A DNA stretch of 64,000 nucleotides, taken from the NCBI GenBank assembly GCA_963699445.1, contig CAVOTX010000007.1, positions 303,310 through 367,309 on the forward strand, in the 5' to 3' direction. The notes below the pieces were generated by a model. It had not been told where the DNA came from. It made no database searches and saw only the letters and a list, made by a program, of their open reading frames with translations. The translations under genes and the position numbers were made by a program. Below, piece by piece: positions 43,257-52,383 of this stretch. Each line of letters opens with the position of its first letter. The stretch's first letter is position 1. The stretch is from an uncultured Planctomycetia bacterium. Its GTDB lineage: Bacteria > Planctomycetota > Planctomycetia > Pirellulales > PALSA-1355.

Positions 43257-44729
43257 ATGAATTGCCAAGATCATTTGTTTCGCGCAGCCAGTCGGTCGCT
43301 GGTGACCCGTCGCCACTTCTTCGGCCAATGCGGCCTGGGCGTGGGCAAAATTGCCCTGTCTTCGCTGCTTGCCGACCAGGTTGGGCGTGGGGCGCTGTCG
43401 GCCGAAACGGCGGCCGGCGCGGCGATGCCCCGCCCGCTGGCGCCCAAGCCGCCGCACTTCGCCGCCAAGGCCAAGCGCGTGATCCACCTGTTCATGGCCG
43501 GCGCGCCCAGCCAACTCGATCTGTTCGACTACAAGCCCAAATTGGTCGAGTTCGAGGGCCGGCCGATTCCGCCGGAGGTTATCGGTGGCCAGCGCTACGC
43601 CTTCATCCGCTCCGACGCCGCCGTGCTCGGCCCGCGGTTCAAATTCGCAAAATACGGCCAGAGCGGGGCCGAACTATCCGAGATGTTGCCGCACCTGGCC
43701 GGCGTGGTCGACGACATTTGCCTGATCAAATCGGTCCACACCGACCAGTTCAACCATGCCCCGGCGCAAATCTTCTTGAATACCGGCTTTTCCCAGCCCG
43801 GCCGTCCCAGCATCGGCTCTTGGGTCACCTATGGGCTGGGGGCCGAGACCAGCGATCTGCCGGCCTTCGTGGTGATGTCGACCGGCGCGGGCATCAGCGG
43901 CGGCGCCGCCAACTGGTCGAGCGGCTTTTTGCCCACGGTTCATACGGGCGTTCGCTTCCGCAATCAGGGAGATGCGATTCTCGACGTCAGCAGCCCGCCG
44001 GGCGTCGACGCCCGCTTGCAGCGCGATTCGCTCGACCTGGCGGCCGCGCTCAACCAGCGCCACCTGGACGCGATCGGCGACCCGGAGATCGCCACCCGGA
44101 TTGCCTCCTACGAGATGGCCTACCGCTTGCAAACCTCGGCCCCCGAACTGTTGGACCTGGCCGGAGAAACCAAGGAAACGCTCGAACTGTACGGAGCCGA
44201 ACCGGCCAAACCCTCGTTCGCCCGGGCCTGCCTCTTGGCCCGGCGGATGATCGAGCGCGGGGTGCGCTTCGTGAACATCTATCACGAGGGTTGGGACGCC
44301 CATTCCGACGTGTCGGGCAACCTGAAAAACAACTGCGGGGCGACCGATCGGGCCGCGGCGGCCCTGGTCAAGGATCTCAAGCAGCGCGGCCTGCTCGACG
44401 ACACGCTCGTTGTCTGGGGGGGCGAATTCGGCCGCACGCCCATGGTCGAGACCAACGCCGCCCTGGGCCGCAGCCTGGGCCGCGATCACCACCCGCAGGC
44501 GTTTACCATCTGGATGGCCGGCGGCGGCGTCAAGGCCGGCTTGACCTACGGATCGACCGACGAACTGGGCTTCAACATTGCCGAGCATCCGGTCCACATC
44601 CACGATCTGCAAGCCACGATCCTGCACCTACTGGGGCTCGACCACGAGCGGCTGACGTTCACCTTTCAGGGGCGGCAGTTCCGCTTGACCGACGTACACG
44701 GGCACGTGGTCAAAGACATCTTGGCCTGA
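43257..44729 (+). CDS. DUF1501 (sulfatase-fold) protein with twin-arginine signal
   Basis: TRRHFFGQCGLGVG (Tat-like), [60 protein letters not shown]. Confidence 0.9.
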   Translation: MNCQDHLFRAASRSLVTRRHFFGQCGLGVGKIALSSLLADQVGRGALSAETAAGAAMPRPLAPKPPHFAAKAKRVIHLFMAGAPSQLDLFDYKPKLVEFEGRPIPPEVIGGQRYAFIRSDAAVLGPRFKFAKYGQSGAELSEMLPHLAGVVDDICLIKSVHTDQFNHAPAQIFLNTGFSQPGRPSIGSWVTYGLGAETSDLPAFVVMSTGAGISGGAANWSSGFLPTVHTGVRFRNQGDAILDVSSPPGVDARLQRDSLDLAAALNQRHLDAIGDPEIATRIASYEMAYRLQTSAPELLDLAGETKETLELYGAEPAKPSFARACLLARRMIERGVRFVNIYHEGWDAHSDVSGNLKNNCGATDRAAAALVKDLKQRGLLDDTLVVWGGEFGRTPMVETNAALGRSLGRDHHPQAFTIWMAGGGVKAGLTYGSTDELGFNIAEHPVHIHDLQATILHLLGLDHERLTFTFQGRQFRLTDVHGHVVKDILA

Positions 44730-44908
44730 TGGCGGCGCCGGCAGGGAAAAAGCGCCTCACACCCGGCCGCAGGCGTGTCGATTGCGTTTGCGGGAGCAAA
44801 GCGCCGAAGACGCGGTTGGCTGGCCGCCAGCGATGGTGGCCCGCATTCCTTCAAACCCCTCGTCCGGGCGACATATTAATGCATGGTAAAAATATTGACT
44901 TTTGATGC

Positions 44909-44937
44909 TTGACTGTCGATTTTGCGCTGTTTATACT
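44909..44937 (+). promoter_or_regulatory. near-consensus sigma70-type promoter for the PEP-CTERM gene at 45020
   Basis: TTGACT (44909-44914), exactly 17 nt, TATACT (44932-44937), 83 nt upstream of the ATG. It shares TTTGATGCTTGAC with the promoter at 46972. Confidence 0.5.
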
Positions 44938-45019
44938 CCCCGATAGCGCAAATCCACGGTGGTGGGCGTCGCTACCCGCATTGTTCTGCGGCTGACTTTT
45001 CACCGAGAGGGAGAAGCTA

Positions 45020-45643
45020 ATGAGCCTGAGAGAAAAGTTTTTCTGCGGGGCGCTGGCCCTGCTTATGGCCGGTGCAGGGCATGCGACGTCTTGTCTGGCG
45101 AGCTTCTATGATTTCACGGTCAACGACGGGGCGGGGGACGTCGGCCACGGCACGTTGACAACGACCTCCCCGAGCGGCTGGGGTGACGACAGCCAATTGG
45201 CGGTGAGTGGGCTGCTCTCCGTGACCGCGACACAAAACGCGGGCCTCCTTCCGCTGGGTAACTATTCGCTGATCCCGACCCCTGGCGGTACCGTATCGAC
45301 GAGCGGCACAGGCGGGTTCTTTATCGACAGCCTGGTTTACCCCCTCAACGACGCTGCTTCCGGCAACAACAACGCGAATTTGTCTGGCAACCCCTCGTAC
45401 CTCACGAACGATGGCCTTCTGTTTGGCACGAACGGCACGTTCGAGATCAACATCTGGGGGAATGGCGGGGCCATTAATTACGCGCTGTACACAGCGACGA
45501 GCGGACCCACCTACGGCGTTACAACCGGTAGCGGTGGGCTGTTCACGTTACAACAGGTCCCTGAGCCATCGAGCCTGATCCTGGCCGGAGTTGCCGGCGT
45601 GGTGGCCGTGGGCTGCGGCTTGCGGCGCCGCCGCCAAGCCTGA
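45020..45643 (+). CDS. PEP-CTERM protein, paralogue family A (copy 1)
   Basis: Signal peptide, then SCLASFYDFTVNDGAGDVGHGTL...NIWGNGG..YALYT... and VPEPSSLILAGVAGVVAVGCGLRRRRQA*. Confidence 0.85.
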   Translation: MSLREKFFCGALALLMAGAGHATSCLASFYDFTVNDGAGDVGHGTLTTTSPSGWGDDSQLAVSGLLSVTATQNAGLLPLGNYSLIPTPGGTVSTSGTGGFFIDSLVYPLNDAASGNNNANLSGNPSYLTNDGLLFGTNGTFEINIWGNGGAINYALYTATSGPTYGVTTGSGGLFTLQQVPEPSSLILAGVAGVVAVGCGLRRRRQA

Positions 45644-45680
45644 TTCGGCCGGTTTGAATCACCAAACAAGAATTCTTCCA

Positions 45681-45717
45681 AGCCTCCGCCCGAACCAAAG
45701 CGGAGGCTTTGTTTTTT
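45681..45717 (+). terminator. intrinsic terminator
   Basis: AAGCCTCCGC-ccgaaccaaa-GCGGAGGCTT followed by TGTTTTTT. Confidence 0.6.
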
Positions 45718-45769
45718 GGCCCCCGGGCCGAGCCGGCCAAACAGGCCGAAAACTTTCTGTCCGGCGTGC

Positions 45770-45798
45770 TTGACAAGCGATCGTTCGGCAACTAATTG
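45770..45798 (+). promoter_or_regulatory. weak candidate promoter upstream of PEP-CTERM copy 2
   Basis: TGCTTGACA context: TTGACA (45770-45775), 17 nt, TAATTG (45793-45798). It lies about 400-500 nt from the coding start, so the call is uncertain. Confidence 0.3.
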
Positions 45799-46205
45799 TA
45801 GAGGGTAGCCCAGGCGGGGCGTCGGCAGCCGGAACCCGATTGTCCTCCCAGGAATTCACCTCTTCTTTTGCGCGAGTGGCTAATGAGGTCGAGGTAGGGC
45901 CCAGCGCCCCCCGAGCAAAACATTGCAGTGCCCGAGCGCGGCGTGTGCCGCGTCCCGTCTTTGAGAGCACAATTGTTTTGCGGCTAGCCTTGACCAGGCT
46001 GCTACCCCCAATCGCCTTGATGCGCGCTGACGCGCCAGCAGGCGATGAACCGGGGCGGCCGACCGGCCTAGGCTGCGGGCACGCGGTGAGACCTGACTCG
46101 ATCTCGGATACGTTTGCCAGCGCGAGAAATGCCGCTCGGTACGTCGACACCTTAGAAAAGCACCCATGATTTCAACCAGGTCGATTTGCGTAAGAACTCT
46201 GGCAG

Positions 46206-46997
46206 GTGCCAGAGAGCGATTGTTTACCGGAGGGCTGCCGACATCCGGTGACCGCCGGTCCTGCGCCTTGGGATTCAATCGCGCAAGGATGCGGGCAACA
46301 GTCTGCTGCGCGGCGCTGCGCGCTAGTGATCGCAGCGGTTGGCCAGGCAACGACCTGCCGGGCCGACTATGTGACGTTCACGTTTTCCGACACGGCCGGA
46401 GACCAGGCGCACGGTTGGTTGATGACCGATTCGACCTCCTTCGATTCGGCCGGCGGCCAGCATGTCACCAGCGGCATGCTTGATGTGACGGCCAGCGTCA
46501 ACGCCAACCAGGCGGTGGGCACTTACACGCTGCTGCCGATCGGACCCGACGTGTCGGTGAGCCCCAGCGGGCAACTTTTCGCGGACAACCTGCTTTACCC
46601 GGTGAACAATGCCGCCGACGGCTTTAACCCGGGATTGATCGGCAACAACGCCTCGTATCTGACGGGTTGGGGGTTGCTGTTTGGGCAGCCGGGCACGGGA
46701 TCGCAAACCGAAGTCAACATTTTTGGAAGTTCCACCGCCGCCAGCGGACCGAGCGGCAACTACGCCTTCTATACGGTCGCTGGCGGCAACCTGAACATCC
46801 AAACGAGCAGCGGCGGTACATTCTCTCCGATCTTCGTCACGCCCGAGCCTTCCAGCCTGCTCCTGGCCGGCGTCGCCGCCCTGTTGGCCGTGGGCTACGG
46901 GCTAAAACGTCGGGACCGGCGCTTAACAAGCCGTGCTCGGGGGATTTTCTCGCATCAGTGGGATTTGATGCTTGACCGACGTTTCCTACCACCCTAA
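46206..46997 (+). CDS. PEP-CTERM protein, paralogue family A (copy 2); start and stop both suspect
   Basis: TCRADYVTFTFSDTAGDQAHGWL...NIFGS..YAFYT...TPEPSSLLLAGVAALLAVGYGLKRRDRR. A better signal-peptide start (ATG 46289, MRATVCCAALRA) lies in another frame. The 30-residue tail after the Arg cluster runs through the next promoter. Confidence 0.7.
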   Translation: MPESDCLPEGCRHPVTAGPAPWDSIAQGCGQQSAARRCALVIAAVGQATTCRADYVTFTFSDTAGDQAHGWLMTDSTSFDSAGGQHVTSGMLDVTASVNANQAVGTYTLLPIGPDVSVSPSGQLFADNLLYPVNNAADGFNPGLIGNNASYLTGWGLLFGQPGTGSQTEVNIFGSSTAASGPSGNYAFYTVAGGNLNIQTSSGGTFSPIFVTPEPSSLLLAGVAALLAVGYGLKRRDRRLTSRARGIFSHQWDLMLDRRFLPP

Positions 46998-47000
46998 AAT
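46972..47000 (+). promoter_or_regulatory. near-consensus sigma70-type promoter
   Basis: TTGACC (46972-46977), exactly 17 nt, TAAAAT (46995-47000), 89 nt upstream of the ORF at 47089. Confidence 0.45.
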
Positions 47001-47088
47001 CGGGGCAACCTGGGTAAACCGGTGACATAGCTCTCTTCGAGTTCGGCCTTTCAACCGCTTTGGTTTCTCAACCGGGATTGGCGAACTA

Positions 47089-47331
47089 ATGCTCGTGCAA
47101 GAGACGATCTGTTCTGGCGCTGTCGGGCGGTTGGTCGCGCCTGCGGGCCGGTTTCAGCGTTCTTGCCGCGCAAAGCTGTTGTGCATCGTTGGCAGTGGGC
47201 TGTTTTTTCTGACAGCTTTCTCCCCGCCATCGAGCCTGATCCCGGCCGGCGTGGCTGCTTTGTTCGCCGTGGGTTTTGGCGCTCGTCGTCGCCGCTCTGT
47301 TTTCGTGCGAGCTTCAATGTGCGTCCGATAG
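47089..47331 (+). pseudogene. collapsed family-A PEP-CTERM paralogue (leader plus sorting signal only, 80 codons)
   Basis: The ORF starts at CTAATG at the same distance from its promoter as copy 1. It ends SPPSSLIPAGVAALFAVGFGARRRR (47221-47295) and lacks the ~150-residue body. Confidence 0.5.
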
Positions 47332-47341
47332 CGTGCTGAAA

Positions 47342-47941
47342 ATGGAAATACGAAAAATAGTTCGTCTCGCGCTGCTGGTGGCTTTGATCGCGACGTTTGG
47401 CGAAACGGCGACGTGCCTGGCGGGTGAGTACCCCTTCACGATTTCCGACCCGCAGGGAGACGCGGCACACGGCTTGCTGTCGGCGGGGCCTTCCGGACAG
47501 GGCGACGGCAGCGTGCTTGTCACCGGCGGATTCATCGACGTGACGGCCAGTTCCTCGGCCAACATTCCGACCGGCAACTATCCGGTGCTGCCGTATGGAC
47601 CTGCGGATGTTTGGACAGGGAGTTTCGGCGTCGACAACCTGCTTTATCCCAACAACGATGCGAACAACGGCGTCAACAGCGGTGGTATCTCAAGCCCATC
47701 TTATGTCGACCCGGACGGCTTGATTTTTGGAACCCCGGGCCTGCAGATCAACATCTGGGGGAACGGCAACGCCGATTACGCGTTCTACGGCTGGACATCG
47801 ACCGGCGGCTACGGTCCGACGAACGGCAGCGGCGCAACGTTCACCCTGATACAAGTGCCCGAGCCCTCGAGCCTGATCCTGGCCGGTATGGGCGCCGCCT
47901 TGGCAATCGGCTTGGCTGCGCGTCGTCGTCGCCGGGTCTGA
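47342..47941 (+). CDS. PEP-CTERM protein, paralogue family A (copy 3)
   Basis: MEIRKIVRLALLVALIATFGETATCLAGEYPFTISDPQGDAAHGLL...NIWGNGNADYAFYG...VPEPSSLILAGMGAALAIGLAARRRRRV*. Confidence 0.85.
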   Translation: MEIRKIVRLALLVALIATFGETATCLAGEYPFTISDPQGDAAHGLLSAGPSGQGDGSVLVTGGFIDVTASSSANIPTGNYPVLPYGPADVWTGSFGVDNLLYPNNDANNGVNSGGISSPSYVDPDGLIFGTPGLQINIWGNGNADYAFYGWTSTGGYGPTNGSGATFTLIQVPEPSSLILAGMGAALAIGLAARRRRRV

Positions 47942-48154
47942 CTCGGCGCGCCGAGACGGCAAACAATAATCCTTGCCGGACATGGCCTTTGAAAAGACCG
48001 GGGCTTTCTTGTCGGCAAATGTGCCGCCGGCCCTCGAGTGAGCGGCTCAGCGCTCCGTTGCGCGCGATTCACATCGCCGGAGATCGCCGGGCCACAGCGG
48101 CGCGGCTGAAGCGGTCTGGGCCGCCTGTTTGCGGTCGGAGCCCTGTCGCAGAGC

Positions 48155-48247
48155 ACGCCCGAACCGGGGACGTTCGTCTTGGCGGCGATCGCCTGCGCGG
48201 CGCTGGGTGGTGTGGGCTGGCGGCGGTTCCGGCGGCGGCCGGGCTGA
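48155..48247 (+). pseudogene. orphan PEP-CTERM sorting signal (gene remnant)
   Basis: A frame absent from the ORF track reads TPEPGTFVLAAIACAALGGVGWRRFRRRPG*. The upstream in-frame sequence has no start or plausible body. Confidence 0.45.
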
Positions 48248-48561
48248 GGAAGGTTCGGCCCGAAGCGGCAGGCCGGCCGTCGCGCGGCACCCGCTGGGGC
48301 TCGCTCGCTGGCGCCGAAAGGCGGCTTGCCCTCTGCCAGGGCCTCGGCTTTTGCGCCGATTGCCCTGTTTCCGATCCACCCGGCCTTGGTATAGTAGGAT
48401 CGGTCGGTTGGTCGACCTGAATGGCTGCGCTAGTTGGGCGGAACTGCTGCGCGGAAGCTTCTCTTGGCCATTCGTACCTGGCGGACCACCAATTTGGTCC
48501 CTTTCGTTTGCGGCCCGGAAAGCAAGCAGCGGGTCGGTCTTTTCAGTTCGAGGAGTTCACG

Positions 48562-48879
48562 GTGGCTAAGAAGCTTTATGTCGGTAACTTGAGCTATTCG
48601 GTTACCAGTGCGACGCTGGAACAAATGTTCGCGCCGTTTGGAGCGGTGCGCAGTGCCGAAGTGATTCAAGATCGCGACACCGGCCGCAGCAAGGGATTCG
48701 GCTTCGTCGAAATGTCCGACGACAGTGCCGCCCTGGACGCAATCAAGGGCCTGCACGAAAAGGAACACGAAGGCCGGCCGTTGGTCGTCAACGAGGCGCG
48801 TCCGCGCGAAGATCGTGGCGGTGGTGGCGGCAGTCGAGGTGGCGGCGGCGGCGGTCGAGGCGGCAGTCGCCGTTATTGA
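48562..48879 (+). CDS. RRM (RNP-1) RNA-binding protein with Gly/Arg-rich tail
   Basis: GTG start 6 nt after AGGAG. KKLYVGNLSYSV (RNP-2), KGFGFVEM (RNP-1), C-terminal RGGGGGSRGGGGGGRGGSRRY. Confidence 0.85.
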   Translation: MAKKLYVGNLSYSVTSATLEQMFAPFGAVRSAEVIQDRDTGRSKGFGFVEMSDDSAALDAIKGLHEKEHEGRPLVVNEARPREDRGGGGGSRGGGGGGRGGSRRY

Positions 48880-48933
48880 GTCGCCGTTCTCGAATCGACA
48901 CGCTCGATTCTGACTTATTGAGACAACCGATCC

Positions 48934-48976
48934 AGCCACCGAAGAGCTCGCGGAGTTCTTCGGTGGCTGTTTTGTT
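48934..48976 (+). terminator. intrinsic terminator
   Basis: AGCCACCGAAGA-gctcgcggag-TTCTTCGGTGGCT followed by GTTTTGTT. Confidence 0.6.
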
Positions 48977-49273
48977 GGCGCGAAGGCCGCGATGCGGCCG
49001 GCGCCGGAGAACCCGCCTGGCGTCCGCCGCGGGCCGACATGCCGCCCCCCAGTTTGCTTGTGGGCCGGCCATGGCGTAATTAGACTCTTTTCAGGGGTGT
49101 GGCGACCAGCGCCGCACATCGCCTCGGGCTGTGGGCCCGCATGAGGCTCGCGGGAATGCCTCGACCAACGGTGGGCAGTTGGTTGAGGGCGGCACAATCC
49201 CGGACGATTGCCCTCGGTTGCCTCATTCCTACGGACTGCGTCCGCGGAAACCCGGTCATTCGCTGGACGACTC

Positions 49274-51933
49274 ATGTTTTCGAGGCAGGTGGACATGATC
49301 TTCACGCGCGCGCTGAGCCGGCCGGCGCTGCGGCATCTGCCCGGGTTGTTCGCTGGCACGCGGCCGGGGCGCGCGCCGTTCCAGGCCCGGCTCGAGGCAC
49401 TCGAGGATCGTGCCCTGTTGTCGGTCTCGACGGTTGTGCCCGATCCGCAGTTCGTCGGTCCGCAGTTGGCGCCATCGCCGTACTACAGCATTACCGGCGC
49501 AGGCAACAATCTGGCCAACCCCACCTGGGGACAGGCCGGAAACGACCTGTATCGCGGCATCGTGGCTTCGAACTACGGCGACGGCATCTCGACGCCCAGC
49601 GGCCAGGATCTTCCGAGTGCCCGGCTGATCAGCAACGTCGTAGGTGCGCAGCCGTTCTCGATCCCCGATGCGGCCGACCGCTCGGTGTTCATCTATGTTT
49701 GGGGGCAGTTCATCGACCACGACCTGGACGACACGCCCGATGGCGGCGCGTCCGATCCGATCCCCGTGCCGGCCGGGGATCCGCAGTTCGACCCGGACGA
49801 CACCGGCACGCAGACGCTGCCGTTCACGCGCTCGCTTACCGATCCGGCGACGGGGACCAGCACCAGCAACCCGCTCAATCAGCCGACCGTGATTACCTCT
49901 TTCCTCGACGGCTCGATGATTTACGGTTCCGATCCGACGACGGCCGCCGCCCTGCGCACGTTCGTCGGCGGCCAGCTGAAGACCAGTGCGGGAGACTTGT
50001 TGCCGCTCGATACGGCCGGACTGCCGATGGAAAACGACGGTACTTATCCCGAACAGGACCTGTTCATGGCCGGCGACACGCGGGTCAACGAGAACCTCGA
50101 CCTCACGGCGTTGCAAACGCTCTTCGTGCGCGAGCACAACCGCCAGGCGGACATCCTGGCCCAGGAGAATCCGACCTGGACCGACGAGGAGCTTTATCAA
50201 GGCGCCCGGCAGATTGTGATCGCCGAGATCCAGTCGATTACCTTCAACGAATATCTCCCGGCGCTGCTTTCGCCCGGCGCGGTCACGCCCTACACCGGCT
50301 ACAACCCGGACGTCTATCCCGGCATCGCGGCCGAATTCTCGGAGGCGGCATTTCGGTTCGGCCACAGCCAGGTCGACGACGGCGTTCAGTTTCTCAACAA
50401 CGACGGCTCGAATTTCTCGTTCACCTACACGCTGCCGGATGGGACCCAAGTGCCGGTCAACACGCCCTCCGACATCTTCTTCGGCAACACGGGCGTGTCG
50501 CTGGACGACGCCACTTCCAACCCCTATATCCTGGAGCCGGCGGGAGTCGAAGATTCATTGCTCAAATACATGTCCACCGACGTGGCCCAATCGGTCGACA
50601 CCGAAATGGTCGATTCAATCCGCAACGTGTTGTTCGGGGCGCCGGGTAGCGGAGCCGGCGGCCAGGACCTGTTTGCCCTCGACATTCAGCGCGGCCGCGA
50701 CGTCGGGTTGCCGACCTACAACGAAACGCGGGTCGCCTATGGACTGCCGGCCGTCACCAGCTTCAGCCAGATCACCAGCAACACCACGTTGCAAAGCGAA
50801 CTGCAATCGCTTTACGGCAACGTCAACAACGTCGAACTGATCGTCGGTGGCCTGGCCGAGGACCACGTCCCCGGCAGCGCCATGGGCCCAACTTTCCAAG
50901 CGATCATCGCCAACCAGTTCGAGCGCACTCGCGACGGGGACCGGCTGTGGTATCAAAACACCTTCAGCGGCGCGGCCCTGCAGGCGATCAACGACACGAC
51001 GCTGGCCGATGTCATCGAAGAAAACTCGTCGGTGACGAACCTTCAGCCCAACGTGTTTTTCTTTGACGCCAGTGCATCGCCTCAGGTCAAGGCGTCCGCC
51101 GTCGAAGACACCTATACGGTGGGCGGCACCCGGTCACGGTCGATCCCTTCGTGTTGGTGCTGGACACCCAGAATCTGGCGGGCGCCACCATGACCATCAC
51201 GAACTACCAGCCCGGAGACGCATTCAATGTCCCGCAGCCGCTGCCGACCGGCATTAGCGTCGCTTCGAACGGGGCCGGCGTGCTCACATTGACCGGCAGT
51301 GCTCCGGCGGCCAGCTACCAAACCGCCTTGCAGTCGATCAGCTTCTCCACCACGAGCTACAGCGGGGTCACGCGCACGGTTGCCTTCACGGACACCGACG
51401 GCAGCTTGACCAGCGCCGCCTCGACCAAACAAATCGCCGTGGTGCCCTTGCCCGCGGACCCGTGGCAGAATCCGACCAACCCGCTGGACGTGAACGACGA
51501 TGGCGAGGTGACACCGATCGATGCCCTGGTCGTGATCAATTACTTGAATTCCAACGGCGAGGGGCCGTTGCCGGTGAACTTCACAGGACCCTACTACCTG
51601 GACGTAAACGGCGACGGTTCCGCGACGCCACTCGATGCGCTGGCGGTGATCAATTACCTCAACACCCAGGCCGCGGCCGCCGAGTCCACAGTCGTAGCGA
51701 GTCTGGCGCCGGCCGGCGGCGTTTTCAACACCGCGACACCGGTCGCCGCGGCGAGGCTCGACAGGTCTCTGGCGATGGGCGTCTCGCTCGGCGCAAGCGC
51801 ACCACCGGCCGTCCGGGGCAGTAGTGCGCCGGCGAATCCACCGGCCGCCGCTGGACCGCCCGTTGAATCGAGATCCGGCTCGGTATTCGCCCGCGGCGGC
51901 CTGAATCAATCGGCGGCGGACCCACTGCCCTAA
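49274..51933 (+). pseudogene. animal-type haem peroxidase family protein with two C-terminal dockerin-like repeats; one frame break near 51125
   Basis: LEALEDRALLS leader motif, WGQFIDHDLD, DTRVNENLDLTALQTLFVREHN, AAFRFGHSQV, GRDVGLPTYNE, RDGDRLWY. The next frame has DVNDDGEVTPIDALVVINYLN and DVNGDGSATPLDALAVINYLN. Confidence 0.8.
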
Positions 51934-52383
51934 GTGCGTCCAACTAAAGAACGACACCTTGAGCGCCGTGAATTTGGCGGCAAATCGCGAAGTTCTTGCC
52001 GCCGTCCCAGTGCCGGGCATCCGTCGTTTCCACGTAGACTGGCAGCCGGCGCAATGCGGCCGTTTCCGCAATGCTCTCCGATCGAGGACTGTAAGGACGG
52101 GGGCAAGCGCCAGCGGAGAGCAAGGCCACGCCGCAAGCCCTTGTCTATTCGCGTCTTGCAAATTGCCGGCGATTGGATCGAAGCAACGAAAGACCCCGGC
52201 AGCCCGGGTGATTCGGCCGGCAAATTGTGTTACCATAGCAAGCAGCCGGGCTCGACCCGCCGGTCCGATCCGGTCTGCGATCGGAACTGCCCGATAGGAT
52301 TTGCCTGCCAGAAAACTTTCCCTCCTGCGGCTTGCCCCATTCGTCGCCCCAACAGCTTCCTCCCCGACTTGAAAGGTCCAGCA

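Noticed and set aside
45659-46150. 163-aa minus-strand ORF in the long spacer between PEP-CTERM copies 1 and 2
   Set aside because: It has no signal, motif or start context, and it runs antisense through the terminator hairpin at 45681-45717.
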